24,000 nucleotides of DNA from NCBI RefSeq assembly GCF_006738645.1, contig NZ_AP019700.1, positions 5,242,351 to 5,266,350 on the forward strand, in the 5' to 3' direction. Shown here piece after piece: positions 8,127-17,121 of this stretch. Position 1 is the first letter of the stretch. The number at the start of each line of letters is the position of its first letter. Made by a program: the position numbers and the translations under genes. The DNA is from Stella humosa. Lineage in GTDB: Bacteria; Pseudomonadota; Alphaproteobacteria; ATCC43930; Allostellaceae. A model generated the notes under the pieces. It searched no databases. It saw only the letters and a list, made by a program, of their open reading frames with translations, and was not told the origin of the DNA.

Positions 8127-10112
8127 ATGTCCAACGCACCGACCGCAACCGACCTCCGCGCCATGGCGAACGCCGTCCGCGCCCTTTCGATGGATGCCGT
8201 CGAGGCGGCGAAGTCGGGTCATCCCGGCATGCCGATGGGCATGGCCGACGTGGCCGCCGTGCTGTTCACCCGGTTCCTTGCCTATGACCCGGCCGACCCG
8301 GCCTGGCCCGACCGCGACCGCTTCGTGCTGTCGGCCGGCCACGGTTCGATGCTGCTCTATTCGCTCCTACATCTCACCGGCTATGCCGACATGACGATGG
8401 ACGAGCTGCGGCGCTTTCGCCAGCTCGGCAGCCGCACCGCCGGCCATCCGGAGTACGGCCACGCCGCCGGCATCGAGACGACGACCGGCCCGCTCGGCCA
8501 GGGGCTGGCGACGGCGGTCGGCATGGCGATCGCCGAGCGCCACCTGAACGCCGCGTTCGGCGACGCGCTGGTCGACCACCGCACCTATGTCATCGCCGGC
8601 GACGGCTGCCTGATGGAGGGCATCAGCCACGAGGCGATCTCGCTGGCCGGGCACCTGAAGCTGGGCCGCCTGATCGTGCTGTTCGACGACAACAACATCT
8701 CGATCGACGGCGCCACGGCGCTGTCCGTGTCCGACGACCAGCAGGCGCGCTTCCGCGCCAGCGGCTGGGATGTGCAGGCGGTCGACGGCCACGACCCGGA
8801 GGCGGTGGCCGCCGCCATCGCGGCCGCCCAGGCGACCGACACGCCGTCGTTGATCGCCTGCCGCACGCAGATCGCCTATGGCGCGCCGACCAAGGCCGGC
8901 ACGTCGGGCGCCCATGGCAGCCCGCTGGGCGCGGCCGAGATCGCCGGCGCGCGCGAGAAGCTGGGCTGGGATTCCCCGGCCTTCGTCGTGCCCGACTCCG
9001 TGCTGTCGCTGTGGCGGAACGCGGGGCGGACGGCCGCGAAGAAGGCCGACGCCTGGCGCCAGCGCCATGCCGCGGCAGCCGCACGCGCGGAGTTCGACCG
9101 GCGCATGGCGGGCGAACTGCCGGCCGGCCTGTCGGCAGCCATGGCCGAGTACAAGGCGGGCCTGATCGCCACGCCGCCCAAGGTCGCCACCCGCCAGGCA
9201 TCGGGCAGCACGCTCGACGTGGTGGCCAAGGTGATGCCCGAGCTCGTGGGCGGATCGGCCGACCTGACGCCGTCCAACAACACCAAGGCCAAGGGCCAGG
9301 CGGTGCTGGAGGCCGGGAAGTACGGCGGCACCTACCTGCATTACGGCGTGCGGGAGTTCGGCATGGCGGCCGCCATGAACGGCCTGGCGCTGCATGGTGG
9401 GGTCGTGCCCTATGGCGGCACCTTCCTGGTCTTCACGGACTATGCGCGGCCCGCCATCCGCCTGTCGGCGCTGATGGGCATCCGCGTCGTCTATGTCATG
9501 ACCCATGATTCGATCGGGCTTGGCGAAGACGGCCCGACGCACCAGCCGGTCGAGCATCTGGCCGCGCTTCGCTGCATTCCCAACCTGCGGGTCTTCCGGC
9601 CGGCCGACGCGGTCGAGACGGCCGAGTGCTGGGAACTGGCACTGGCCGCCAAGGCCAACCCGTCGGTCATCGCGCTGACCCGGCAGGGCGTGCCGACCCT
9701 GCGTACCGATGCGACCGAGAACCGCAGCGCCCGCGGCGCCTATGTCCTGGCCGAGGCCGAGGCCGAGGGCGCGCGCGCCGTGACGCTGCTCGCCACCGGG
9801 TCGGAGGTCGGGCTCGCCATGGAAGCCCGCGCCCTGCTGGCCAAGGAGGGAATCGCGGCCGCCGTCGTTTCCATGCCGAGCTGGGAGCTGTTCGCCGAGC
9901 AGGACGCGGCCTATCGCGCAGCCGTGCTGGGCAGCGCGCCGCGCGTCGCCGTCGAGGCTGCCGTGCGCCTCGGCTGGGACCGCTGGATGGGCGACAACGG
10001 CGTCTTCGTCGGCATGCCCGGCTTCGGCGCCTCGGCCCCTGCGGGCGAGCTCTATCGCCATTTCGGCATCACCGCCGAGGCGGTGGCCGCCGCCGCCAAG
10101 GGCCTGGTCTGA
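8127..10112 (+). CDS. tkt: Transketolase
   Basis: ORF 8127..10112, 661 aa. N-terminal [29 protein letters not shown]-binding [13 protein letters not shown], and [16 protein letters not shown]. Confidence 0.95.
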   Translation: MSNAPTATDLRAMANAVRALSMDAVEAAKSGHPGMPMGMADVAAVLFTRFLAYDPADPAWPDRDRFVLSAGHGSMLLYSLLHLTGYADMTMDELRRFRQLGSRTAGHPEYGHAAGIETTTGPLGQGLATAVGMAIAERHLNAAFGDALVDHRTYVIAGDGCLMEGISHEAISLAGHLKLGRLIVLFDDNNISIDGATALSVSDDQQARFRASGWDVQAVDGHDPEAVAAAIAAAQATDTPSLIACRTQIAYGAPTKAGTSGAHGSPLGAAEIAGAREKLGWDSPAFVVPDSVLSLWRNAGRTAAKKADAWRQRHAAAAARAEFDRRMAGELPAGLSAAMAEYKAGLIATPPKVATRQASGSTLDVVAKVMPELVGGSADLTPSNNTKAKGQAVLEAGKYGGTYLHYGVREFGMAAAMNGLALHGGVVPYGGTFLVFTDYARPAIRLSALMGIRVVYVMTHDSIGLGEDGPTHQPVEHLAALRCIPNLRVFRPADAVETAECWELALAAKANPSVIALTRQGVPTLRTDATENRSARGAYVLAEAEAEGARAVTLLATGSEVGLAMEARALLAKEGIAAAVVSMPSWELFAEQDAAYRAAVLGSAPRVAVEAAVRLGWDRWMGDNGVFVGMPGFGASAPAGELYRHFGITAEAVAAAAKGLV

Positions 10113-10126
10113 GCTTTTTCGGGATT

Positions 10127-10181
10127 CGGGGAATGTCCGGCCCAACCGGGCCGTTTGCTGGTCGATCCGGAGCATTCCCCG
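10127..10181 (+). other. Long imperfect stem-loop in the tkt-gap intercistronic region
   Basis: CGGGGAATGTCCGG (10127-10140) is complementary to CCGGAGCATTCCCCG (10167-10181) with one bulged G. The stem encloses 26 nt containing a smaller GGCCC/GGGCC pairing. It starts 15 nt after the tkt stop. Confidence 0.35.
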
Positions 10182-10273
10182 CTCCCCCGCTTCATTGAGT
10201 ACGGCGCCCGCCGCCACCACCTAGCCGATCTAGCCATTCCCCCCACCCGAGAGCCTGGAGGATCGTCCCCATC

Positions 10274-11284
10274 ATGGCCACCCGCCTTGCCATCAACGGC
10301 TTCGGCCGCATCGGCCGCCTCGTCTTCCGCGCCCTGGCCGAGAGCGGCCGCACCGACCTGCAGGTCGTCGGCATCAACGACCTGGGTCCGGTCGAGACGA
10401 ACGCGCACCTGCTGCGCTACGACAGCGTCCATGGCCGCTTCCCCAAGGAGGTGAAGACCGGCGAGGGCACGATGGACGTCGGCCACGGCCCGATCAAGGT
10501 GACGGCCGAGCGCGACCCCGCCAAGCTGCCGTGGAAGGAGCTGGGCGTCGACATCGCGCTGGAATGCACGGGCATCTTCACCAAGCGGGAGGCCGCGGCC
10601 AAGCACATCGAGGCGGGTGCCAGGCGCGTGCTCGTTTCCGCCCCGGCCGATGGCGTCGACCTGACCGTCGTCTACGGCGTCAACCATGACAAGCTCGAGG
10701 CCGGCCACACGGTCGTCTCGAACGCGTCCTGCACGACCAACTGCCTGGCGCCGCTGGCCTATGTGCTGCACAACTCGGTCGGCATCGTGAATGGCTACAT
10801 GACGACGGTGCACGCCTATACCGGCGACCAGCCCGTCGCCGACACCATGCACAAGGACCTGCATCGCGCGCGTGCGGCAGCCCTGTCGATGATCCCGACC
10901 TCCACGGGCGCCGCCCGCGCGGTCGGCCTCGTCCTGCCCGAGCTGAAGGGCAAGCTGGACGGCACCGCCATCCGCGTGCCGACGCCGAACGTTTCGATGG
11001 TCGACCTGACGTTCAACGCCGCGCGCGACACGTCGGTCGAGGAGATCAACAAGCTGATGGCCGAGGCCGCCGCCAGCGCCCGCTTCAAGGGCATCCTCGA
11101 CATCAACACCGCGCCGCTGGTCTCGATCGACTTCAACCACAACCCGGCCAGCTCCACCTTCGACGCCGGCCAGACCGCCGTCATCGACAAGCGTCTGTGC
11201 CGGGTGCTGTCCTGGTACGATAACGAGTGGGGCTTCTCGAACCGCATGCTGGACACGGCCGCCGCGATGGCGAAGCTCGGCTGA
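10274..11284 (+). CDS. gap: Type I glyceraldehyde-3-phosphate dehydrogenase
   Basis: ORF 10274..11284, 336 aa. [12 protein letters not shown]-binding motif, active-site [29 protein letters not shown] lies upstream. Confidence 0.95.
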   Translation: MATRLAINGFGRIGRLVFRALAESGRTDLQVVGINDLGPVETNAHLLRYDSVHGRFPKEVKTGEGTMDVGHGPIKVTAERDPAKLPWKELGVDIALECTGIFTKREAAAKHIEAGARRVLVSAPADGVDLTVVYGVNHDKLEAGHTVVSNASCTTNCLAPLAYVLHNSVGIVNGYMTTVHAYTGDQPVADTMHKDLHRARAAALSMIPTSTGAARAVGLVLPELKGKLDGTAIRVPTPNVSMVDLTFNAARDTSVEEINKLMAEAAASARFKGILDINTAPLVSIDFNHNPASSTFDAGQTAVIDKRLCRVLSWYDNEWGFSNRMLDTAAAMAKLG

Positions 11285-11293
11285 CCTGAACGG

Positions 11294-11725
11294 GTGGACG
11301 CTGCCGTGGAAGTGCGATCGGCCCACGAGGCGCGGATCGCCGCCACGGCGGCGGCCGCCCTCGGCCGCCCGCTGCTGCTCGTCAGCCCGCGCGGCGGGGC
11401 GGCATCGCTGGGGCCGGCCATGTTCGCGGCCATCGTCGATGCCGGCCGGCAGATCCACCCGGACACCGCCGGCATGATCGACTGCGAGGATGCCGAGGGG
11501 GACGCGCTGCTGGCGCTCCGCGTCGGCATCGGGCTCGTCATCTACAAGGGCGGCGCGGCGGTGCGGGGGAAATTGCAGGCGATCGCCGCGGCCGGTGGCC
11601 GCGCCGTCGTTGCGGAACGGCCGGATGCCCTGGTCCTCCACCGGGAGACGGACGCGCCCGCCGCCTGCCGCCACTGGCTTGCGACATCACGCCGGCCGGG
11701 CGCCCCACCCGGCGCCATTGCATAA
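11294..11725 (+). CDS. Hypothetical protein (143 aa), family not recognised
   Basis: ORF 11294..11725 with a GTG start 9 nt after the gap stop. Third codon positions are almost entirely G/C while second positions are mixed, which is a strong coding signal in this frame. No motif I can name. Confidence 0.55.
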   Translation: MDAAVEVRSAHEARIAATAAAALGRPLLLVSPRGGAASLGPAMFAAIVDAGRQIHPDTAGMIDCEDAEGDALLALRVGIGLVIYKGGAAVRGKLQAIAAAGGRAVVAERPDALVLHRETDAPAACRHWLATSRRPGAPPGAIA

Positions 11726-11791
11726 ACAGGCTTGCTCGCCTAATCACTCCGGCCGATCGACGATCGGCCGCCGAAGGGAAGGAGAATACCG

Positions 11792-12721
11792 ATGAAGGTG
11801 ACCCAGAAGGTCAAGCGCATCCTCGACGGGTACGAAAGCGACAATCCGGGCACCAAGGCCAACCTCGCCCGCATCCTGATGCAAGGGCGGCTGGGCGGCA
11901 CCGGCAAGCTCGTCATCCTGCCGGTCGACCAGGGCTTCGAGCATGGCCCCGCGCGCAGCTTCGCGCCGAACCCCGAGGCCTACGACCCGCATTACCATTT
12001 CCAGCTGGCCATCGACGCCGGCCTGTCGGCCTATGCCGCCCCGCTCGGCATGATCGAGGCCGGTGCCGACACCTTCGCCGGCTCCATCCCGACCATCCTC
12101 AAGGTCAACAGTGCCAACAGCCTGGCCCGCGACAAGCACGGCCCCACCCAGGCCGTCACCGGCTCGGTGAAGGACGCGCTCCGGCTCGGCTGCTCGGCCA
12201 TCGGCTTCACGATCTATCCCGGCTCGGACAATGCCTTCGGCATGTTCGAGGAACTGAGCCTGCTGACCGAGGAAGCCAAGGCCAGCGGCCTGGCGGTGGT
12301 CGTGTGGTCCTATCCGCGCGGCGGCGACCTGACCAAGGCGGGCGAGACCGGCATCGACATCTGCGCCTATGCCGCCCACATGGCGGCACTCCTCGGTGCC
12401 CACATCATCAAGGTGAAGCCGCCCACGGCCCACCTGGAGCTGGAAGCGGCCAAGAAGGTCTACGAGGCCAAGAAGATCGACGTGTCGACGGCGGCCGCCC
12501 GCTTCGCCCATGTCGTGCAGTCCTGCTTCGCCGGCAAGCGCATCGTCGTCTTCTCGGGCGGCGAGGCCAAGGACCTGGACGGGCTCTACAACGAGGTCCG
12601 TGCCATCCGCGACGGCGGCGGCAACGGCTCGATCATCGGCCGCAACACCTTCCAGCGCCCGCGGGCCGAGGCGCTCGCCATGCTCGACCAGATCGTCAAG
12701 ATCTATCAGGGCAAGGCGTGA
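11792..12721 (+). CDS. fba: Class I fructose-bisphosphate aldolase (DhnA/FbaB-type)
   Basis: ORF 11792..12721, 309 aa. [43 protein letters not shown] and IIKVKPP (candidate Schiff-base Lys region) match bacterial DhnA-type class I aldolases. GGAGAA lies upstream and the gene sits in a glycolytic operon. Confidence 0.8.
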   Translation: MKVTQKVKRILDGYESDNPGTKANLARILMQGRLGGTGKLVILPVDQGFEHGPARSFAPNPEAYDPHYHFQLAIDAGLSAYAAPLGMIEAGADTFAGSIPTILKVNSANSLARDKHGPTQAVTGSVKDALRLGCSAIGFTIYPGSDNAFGMFEELSLLTEEAKASGLAVVVWSYPRGGDLTKAGETGIDICAYAAHMAALLGAHIIKVKPPTAHLELEAAKKVYEAKKIDVSTAAARFAHVVQSCFAGKRIVVFSGGEAKDLDGLYNEVRAIRDGGGNGSIIGRNTFQRPRAEALAMLDQIVKIYQGKA

Positions 12722-12756
12722 CCAACCCCAAGGACGGCAGCGTGAGGAAACCGACG

Positions 12757-13401
12757 ATGACCGGCGACGAGCGCTGCCGCCTCTATCTGATCACGCCCGC
12801 GGTGCTGGAGCCGGTGGCATTCGCCGACCGGCTCCAGGCAGCGCTGGACGGCGGCGACGTCGCCTGCCTGCAACTGCGGCTGAAGGATGTCGACGACGAT
12901 GCGTTCCGGCGTGCGATCGAACGGCTGATGCCGATCGCGCACGCCCATGACGTGCCGTTCCTGGTGAACGACCGCCCCGACCTGGCGGCCGAGTTCGGCT
13001 GCGACGGCGCCCATGTCGGCCAGCAGGACACGCCCTATGCCGAGGCGCGACGGCTGCTGGGGCCGGACGCCATCGTCGGCGTCACCTGCCACGACAGCCG
13101 CCACCTCGCCATGGAGGCCGCCGACGCCGGGGCCGACTATGTCGCCTTCGGCGCCTTCTTCCATACCGAGACCAAGCCGCCGCGCTTCTGGGCCACCACC
13201 GAGCTGATCGAGGCCTGGAGCCAGGTGACGACCGTGCCCTGCGTAGCGATCGGCGGCATCAAGCCCGACAATCTCGGCCCGATCGTCCAGGCCGGCGCGG
13301 ATTTCATCTGCGTCGTCACCGGCGTCTGGGACCACCCCGACGGCCCGGGCGGCGGGGTCGCCGCCTACAACCGCGCGATCGCGGCCGCGCTGGCCGGGTA
13401 G
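12757..13401 (+). CDS. thiE: Thiamine-phosphate synthase
   Basis: ORF 12304..13401, trimmed to ATG 12757, which is preceded by GAGGAAA (12744-12750). LYLITP...LQLRLKD...[10 protein letters not shown]...DGAHVGQQD...ADYVAFG...PCVAIGGI are ThiE motifs. The upstream part of the ORF overlaps fba out of frame. Confidence 0.9.
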   Translation: MTGDERCRLYLITPAVLEPVAFADRLQAALDGGDVACLQLRLKDVDDDAFRRAIERLMPIAHAHDVPFLVNDRPDLAAEFGCDGAHVGQQDTPYAEARRLLGPDAIVGVTCHDSRHLAMEAADAGADYVAFGAFFHTETKPPRFWATTELIEAWSQVTTVPCVAIGGIKPDNLGPIVQAGADFICVVTGVWDHPDGPGGGVAAYNRAIAAALAG

Positions 13402-13512
13402 CCGGCCGGCGATCGGGCGAGCCGGCCAACCTTGCCGCCGGCAGACCTAGCTGTTAGCTTCCGCGGCGCTTTCGCACCGCCCTTGACGCCCTATGGCGGC
13501 GAACGGAAACCC

Positions 13513-14079
13513 ATGAAAATCACGGCAATCGAAATCAAGCCCGGCAATATCCTCGACCACCAGAACCGTCTGTGGGTCGTCCTCAAGCGCGAACTGATCC
13601 AGCCCGGCAAGGGCGGCGCCTTCGCGCAGGTGGAGATGCGGGACATCCGCACCGGCAACAAGACCAACGAACGCTTCCGCACCCAGGAGACGGTCGAGCG
13701 CATCCGCATGGACGAGAAGGAATACCAGTTCCTTTTCGCCGAGGGCGACACGCTGACCTTCATGGACCAGGAATCCTACGAGCAGATCGTCGTCGACCGC
13801 GCCAAGGTCGGCGACCCGGCGGACTTCCTGCGCGATGGCATGACCGTCACCATCCAGACGCACGAGGGCGAGGCGATGGCCGTCACCCTGCCGTCGACGG
13901 TGACGATGCTGCTGACCGAGGCCGACCCGGTGGTGAAGGGTCAGACCGCGTCGTCGTCCTACAAGCCGGCGATGCTGGAGAACGGCCGCAAGATCCTGGT
14001 CCCGCCCTTCATCGAGGCCGGCACCCGCATCGTCGTCGACACGACCGAAGGCACTTACGTCGAGCGGGCCAAGGACTGA
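13513..14079 (+). CDS. efp: Elongation factor P
   Basis: ORF 13432..14079, trimmed to ATG 13513. MKITAIEIKPGNIL...IQPGKGGAFAQVEMRDIRTGNK is the EF-P loop and KOW domain. 188 aa. Confidence 0.95.
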   Translation: MKITAIEIKPGNILDHQNRLWVVLKRELIQPGKGGAFAQVEMRDIRTGNKTNERFRTQETVERIRMDEKEYQFLFAEGDTLTFMDQESYEQIVVDRAKVGDPADFLRDGMTVTIQTHEGEAMAVTLPSTVTMLLTEADPVVKGQTASSSYKPAMLENGRKILVPPFIEAGTRIVVDTTEGTYVERAKD

Positions 14080-14086
14080 CCGCACG

Positions 14087-14905
14087 ATGGCCCGCCCCTC
14101 CCCCGTCATCAACGTGATGACGCTCACCGCCCGCAAGGCGGCCAGGGAACTGGTCCGCGATTTCGGCGAGGTCGAGCAGCTCCAGGTATCCCGCAAGGGC
14201 CCGGCGGACTTCGTCAGCGCCGCCGACCTGCGCGCCGAGAAGACTATCTTCCGCGAGCTGTCCAAGGCACGGCCGGGCTACGGCTTCCTGATGGAAGAAG
14301 GGTCGGGCGCCACCGCCGAGGGCGACGGTCGCCACCGCTGGATCGTCGATCCGCTGGACGGGACGACCAACTTCCTGCACGGCGTGCCGCATTTCGCCAT
14401 CTCGATCGCGCTCGAAGTCGACGGCGAGATCGTGGCCGGCGTCGTCCACCAGCCGCTCACCGACGAGACCTATTGGGCCGAGCGCGGCCAGGGCGCGCAC
14501 CTCAATGACCGGCGCCTGCGCGTGTCGTCGCGGGCCAAGCTCGAGGACGCGCTGATCGGGACGGGCATCCCCTTCAAGGGCGAAGAGGGCCACGGCCACT
14601 ATCTGGGCACGCTGGCGCGGATCACGCCGATGGTCAGCGGCGTGCGCCGCATGGGAGCGGCCGCCCTCGACCTCGCCTACGTCGCGGCCGGACGCTACGA
14701 GGCCTTCTGGGAATTCGACCTGAAGCCGTGGGACATCGCGGCCGGCATCCTGCTGGTCCGCGAGGCCGGCGGCTACGTCACCACCCCCGGCGGCGATCCC
14801 AACGTGCTGCCGAGCGGCGATATCCTGGCTGCGAACGACCGCCTGCACCAACCGCTGGCGGAGCTGATCCGCTCGGTTCCGCGGACGGTCGACGCCGCCG
14901 CCTGA
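14087..14905 (+). CDS. suhB: Inositol monophosphatase family protein (SuhB-like)
   Basis: ORF 14087..14905, 272 aa. IMPase motifs FLMEEGS, WIVDPLDGTTNFLHG and WDIAAG. Confidence 0.9.
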   Translation: MARPSPVINVMTLTARKAARELVRDFGEVEQLQVSRKGPADFVSAADLRAEKTIFRELSKARPGYGFLMEEGSGATAEGDGRHRWIVDPLDGTTNFLHGVPHFAISIALEVDGEIVAGVVHQPLTDETYWAERGQGAHLNDRRLRVSSRAKLEDALIGTGIPFKGEEGHGHYLGTLARITPMVSGVRRMGAAALDLAYVAAGRYEAFWEFDLKPWDIAAGILLVREAGGYVTTPGGDPNVLPSGDILAANDRLHQPLAELIRSVPRTVDAAA

Positions 14906-15014
14906 CCGGCCGCGGGTACCGGAGGGCCGCCCGCGGTTGTGGCCGCGGCCGGCCTTGCGGTACATTTCCTGCACGTTCGACGTGCCGGCGCGGAAGCAAG
15001 AGAGGTTGCCCCGG

Positions 15015-15910
15015 ATGACGCATCACCGATCGAGCCGCATGGTCACCGCCGCCTGCACCGGCCTGCTCTTCCTGGCCGGAACCTCAGCCACGCCCGCGCG
15101 CGCGGCGGGCGATGTCCATGTCGATCTGAGTGCGCTGGATCAGCTTGGCTTCACCGCCGGCCGCGGCCGCGGCAATGCCCCGGCCCTGACCCTGAAGCCG
15201 CCGGGCGAGGTCGCACCGCCGGCCGCCCGCCCCGCCGCCGCGCCGTCGCCGGTGGCTGCACCCGCACCGGCCCCGCCAGCACCGCCCCCACCCGTCGCGG
15301 CACCCGCCCCGACAGCCCCGCCGCCGGTCCGCGCGGTCGTCGCACCGCCGCCGCCGGCCGTAGCACCGCCGCCCGCGGCCCCTTCGACCCCGGCGCCCCG
15401 GATCGCAGCGGCACCGCCCTCGCCTGCTCCAACACCGCCTGCTCCGACACCGCCGGCCGCCACGCCGGCACCCCCGCCCCTTCCAGCACCGCAGGCAGCC
15501 GCCCCGGCCCGGGTGGCCCCGCCGCCGCCGGTGGTGGCACCCCCGCCGTCACGCCGCCGCAGACGGCCGCCCTGGCCCCGCCGCCCGTGGCCCAGCGCCG
15601 TGGCGAGGTGCGGGTCGCCTTCCCGGCCGGCGGCAGCGAACTGCCGAACGCCGCCCGCGGCGAACTCGACCAGATGGCCCGCCGCCTGGCCGGCGACGAG
15701 GCGCTGCGCCTGCAACTCAACGCCTATGCCAGCGAGACCGGCGACCAGTCGAGCCAGGCGCGCCGGCTGTCCCTGTCGCGCGCGCTGGCCGTCCGCGCCT
15801 ACCTGATCGACAAGGGCGTGCGCAGCACCCGCCTGGACGTCCGCGCGATCGGCAAGACACAGGATGACGGGCCGGCCGACCGGGTCGACCTCGTCGTGGT
15901 CGGGCGCTGA
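15015..15910 (+). CDS. Secreted Pro/Ala-rich OmpA_C-domain protein, interrupted by an apparent single-base frameshift (possible pseudogene or sequence error)
   Basis: The frame of ORF 14937..15806 gives, from ATG 15015, a signal peptide (MTHHRSSRMVTAACTGLLFLAGTSATPARAAGD) and about 150 aa of Pro/Ala-rich linker, then degenerates into Arg/Trp/Cys-rich nonsense after about 15550. The frame of ORF 14939..15910 is nonsense before about 15500 and then encodes a clean OmpA_C domain (VRVAFPAGGSELPNAARGELDQMARRLAGD...LSLSRALAVRAYLIDKGV...RVDLVVV). Confidence 0.6.
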
Positions 15911-15959
15911 TGCCAATGGCCCTGCCCCTCGACCTGCCCGACCGCAGCAGGCCCCGCCG

Positions 15960-17102
15960 GTGACCAATCCGCGCCGGTTCCTCTTCCGGATGGTGGTCTT
16001 CCTGATCCTCGTGGTCGGGGCACTGGCGCTGCTCTATCCCGGCCTGGAAAAGGCCTTCCTGGCCAAGCCGGCCCTGAACGGCATGATCGTCGGGATCATC
16101 CTGTTCGGCATCGTCTACATCGTCCGCCAGGTGCTTCAGCTCGAGCCGGAGGCCGCCTGGGCCGACACGCTGCGGCGCAGCGAGCCCGGCCTCTCGGTCA
16201 TGCGGCCGCCGCGCCTGCTGGGGCCGGTGGCGGCCATCCTGCAGGAACGGCGGGGCCGGCCCAGCCTGTCGGCGCCGGCCCAGCGCTCGCTGCTGGACGG
16301 GCTCAGCTCCCGCCTCGACGAAACCCGCGACATCTCGCGCTACCTGATCGGGCTGCTGGTCTTCCTCGGCCTGCTCGGCACCTTCTGGGGCCTGCTGGAG
16401 ACGGTGGCCGCCGTCAGCCGCGTCGTCTCCAACCTGTCGGTCACCGGCGTCGACATGGGCCAGGCGCTGAACAACCTCCAGCGCGGGCTGGAAACGCCGT
16501 TGGCCGGCATGGGCACGGCCTTCAGCTCGTCGCTGTTCGGGCTGGGCGGGTCGCTGGTGCTGGGCTTCCTCGACCTCCAGGCGGGGCAGGCGCAGAACCG
16601 TTTCTACAACGAGATCGAGGACTGGCTGGCGAGCCTGACCCGGCTGTCGGGCGGCACGCCGGTGAGCGACGGCGACCAGTCCGTGCCGGCTTACATCCAG
16701 GCGCTGCTGGAACAGACCGCCGACAACATGGAGAACCTCCAGCGGATCATGATCCGCGGCGAGGACAGCCGGATCCAGGCCAACGCCAACCTGACCGCGC
16801 TGACCGAGCGGCTGGGCACGCTGACCGACCAGATGCGCGCCGAGCAGTCGCTGATGCTGCGCCTGGCCGAGAGCCAGGTTTCGCTGGAGCCGCTGCTGGA
16901 ACGGTTGACCCAGGCCACCGGCAAGGGCGGCATGGACGAGGAGGCCCAGCACCAGCTCCGCGCCATCGAGCGCCAGATGGCCCGCCTGATCGACACCACC
17001 GAGCAGGCCAGTGCGGCGGCCGCCCAGGAAGTCCGCGCCGAGATCCGCATCCTCGCCCGCACGATCGCCGCCCTGGCCGACGAGCCCGAGCGCAGGCGCT
17101 AG
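15960..17102 (+). CDS. MotA/TolQ/ExbB-family channel protein with 4 predicted TM helices and an approximately 175-aa C-terminal coiled-coil tail
   Basis: ORF 15864..17102. I favour GTG 15960, which gives a basic N-terminus (NPRRFLFR) before TM1; ATG 15990 is the alternative. TM helices: VVFLILVVGALALLY, GMIVGIILFGIVYIV, YLIGLLVFLGLLGTFWGLLETVAAV, LAGMGTAFSSSLFGLGGSLVLGFL. The FLGLLGTFWG motif parallels the FIGLLGTVWG of the tolQ in this window. Confidence 0.75.
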   Translation: MTNPRRFLFRMVVFLILVVGALALLYPGLEKAFLAKPALNGMIVGIILFGIVYIVRQVLQLEPEAAWADTLRRSEPGLSVMRPPRLLGPVAAILQERRGRPSLSAPAQRSLLDGLSSRLDETRDISRYLIGLLVFLGLLGTFWGLLETVAAVSRVVSNLSVTGVDMGQALNNLQRGLETPLAGMGTAFSSSLFGLGGSLVLGFLDLQAGQAQNRFYNEIEDWLASLTRLSGGTPVSDGDQSVPAYIQALLEQTADNMENLQRIMIRGEDSRIQANANLTALTERLGTLTDQMRAEQSLMLRLAESQVSLEPLLERLTQATGKGGMDEEAQHQLRAIERQMARLIDTTEQASAAAAQEVRAEIRILARTIAALADEPERRR

Positions 17103-17121
17103 CGCCGGAGCCCCCTCGCAT

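Noticed and set aside
8367-10220. 617-aa minus-strand ORF opposite transketolase
   Set aside because: Shadow ORF antisense to a clearly genuine tkt. No recognisable domain.
12722-12756. Possible TPP riboswitch upstream of thiE
   Set aside because: Only 35 nt separate fba and thiE, far too short for a THI element. thiE is probably co-transcribed with fba.
15200-15560. Repetitive GC-rich DNA that might be a tandem repeat or CRISPR-like array
   Set aside because: It is degenerate Pro/Ala-codon repetition (GCN/CCN) inside a coding linker. It has no unit of fixed length and no spacer-repeat periodicity.
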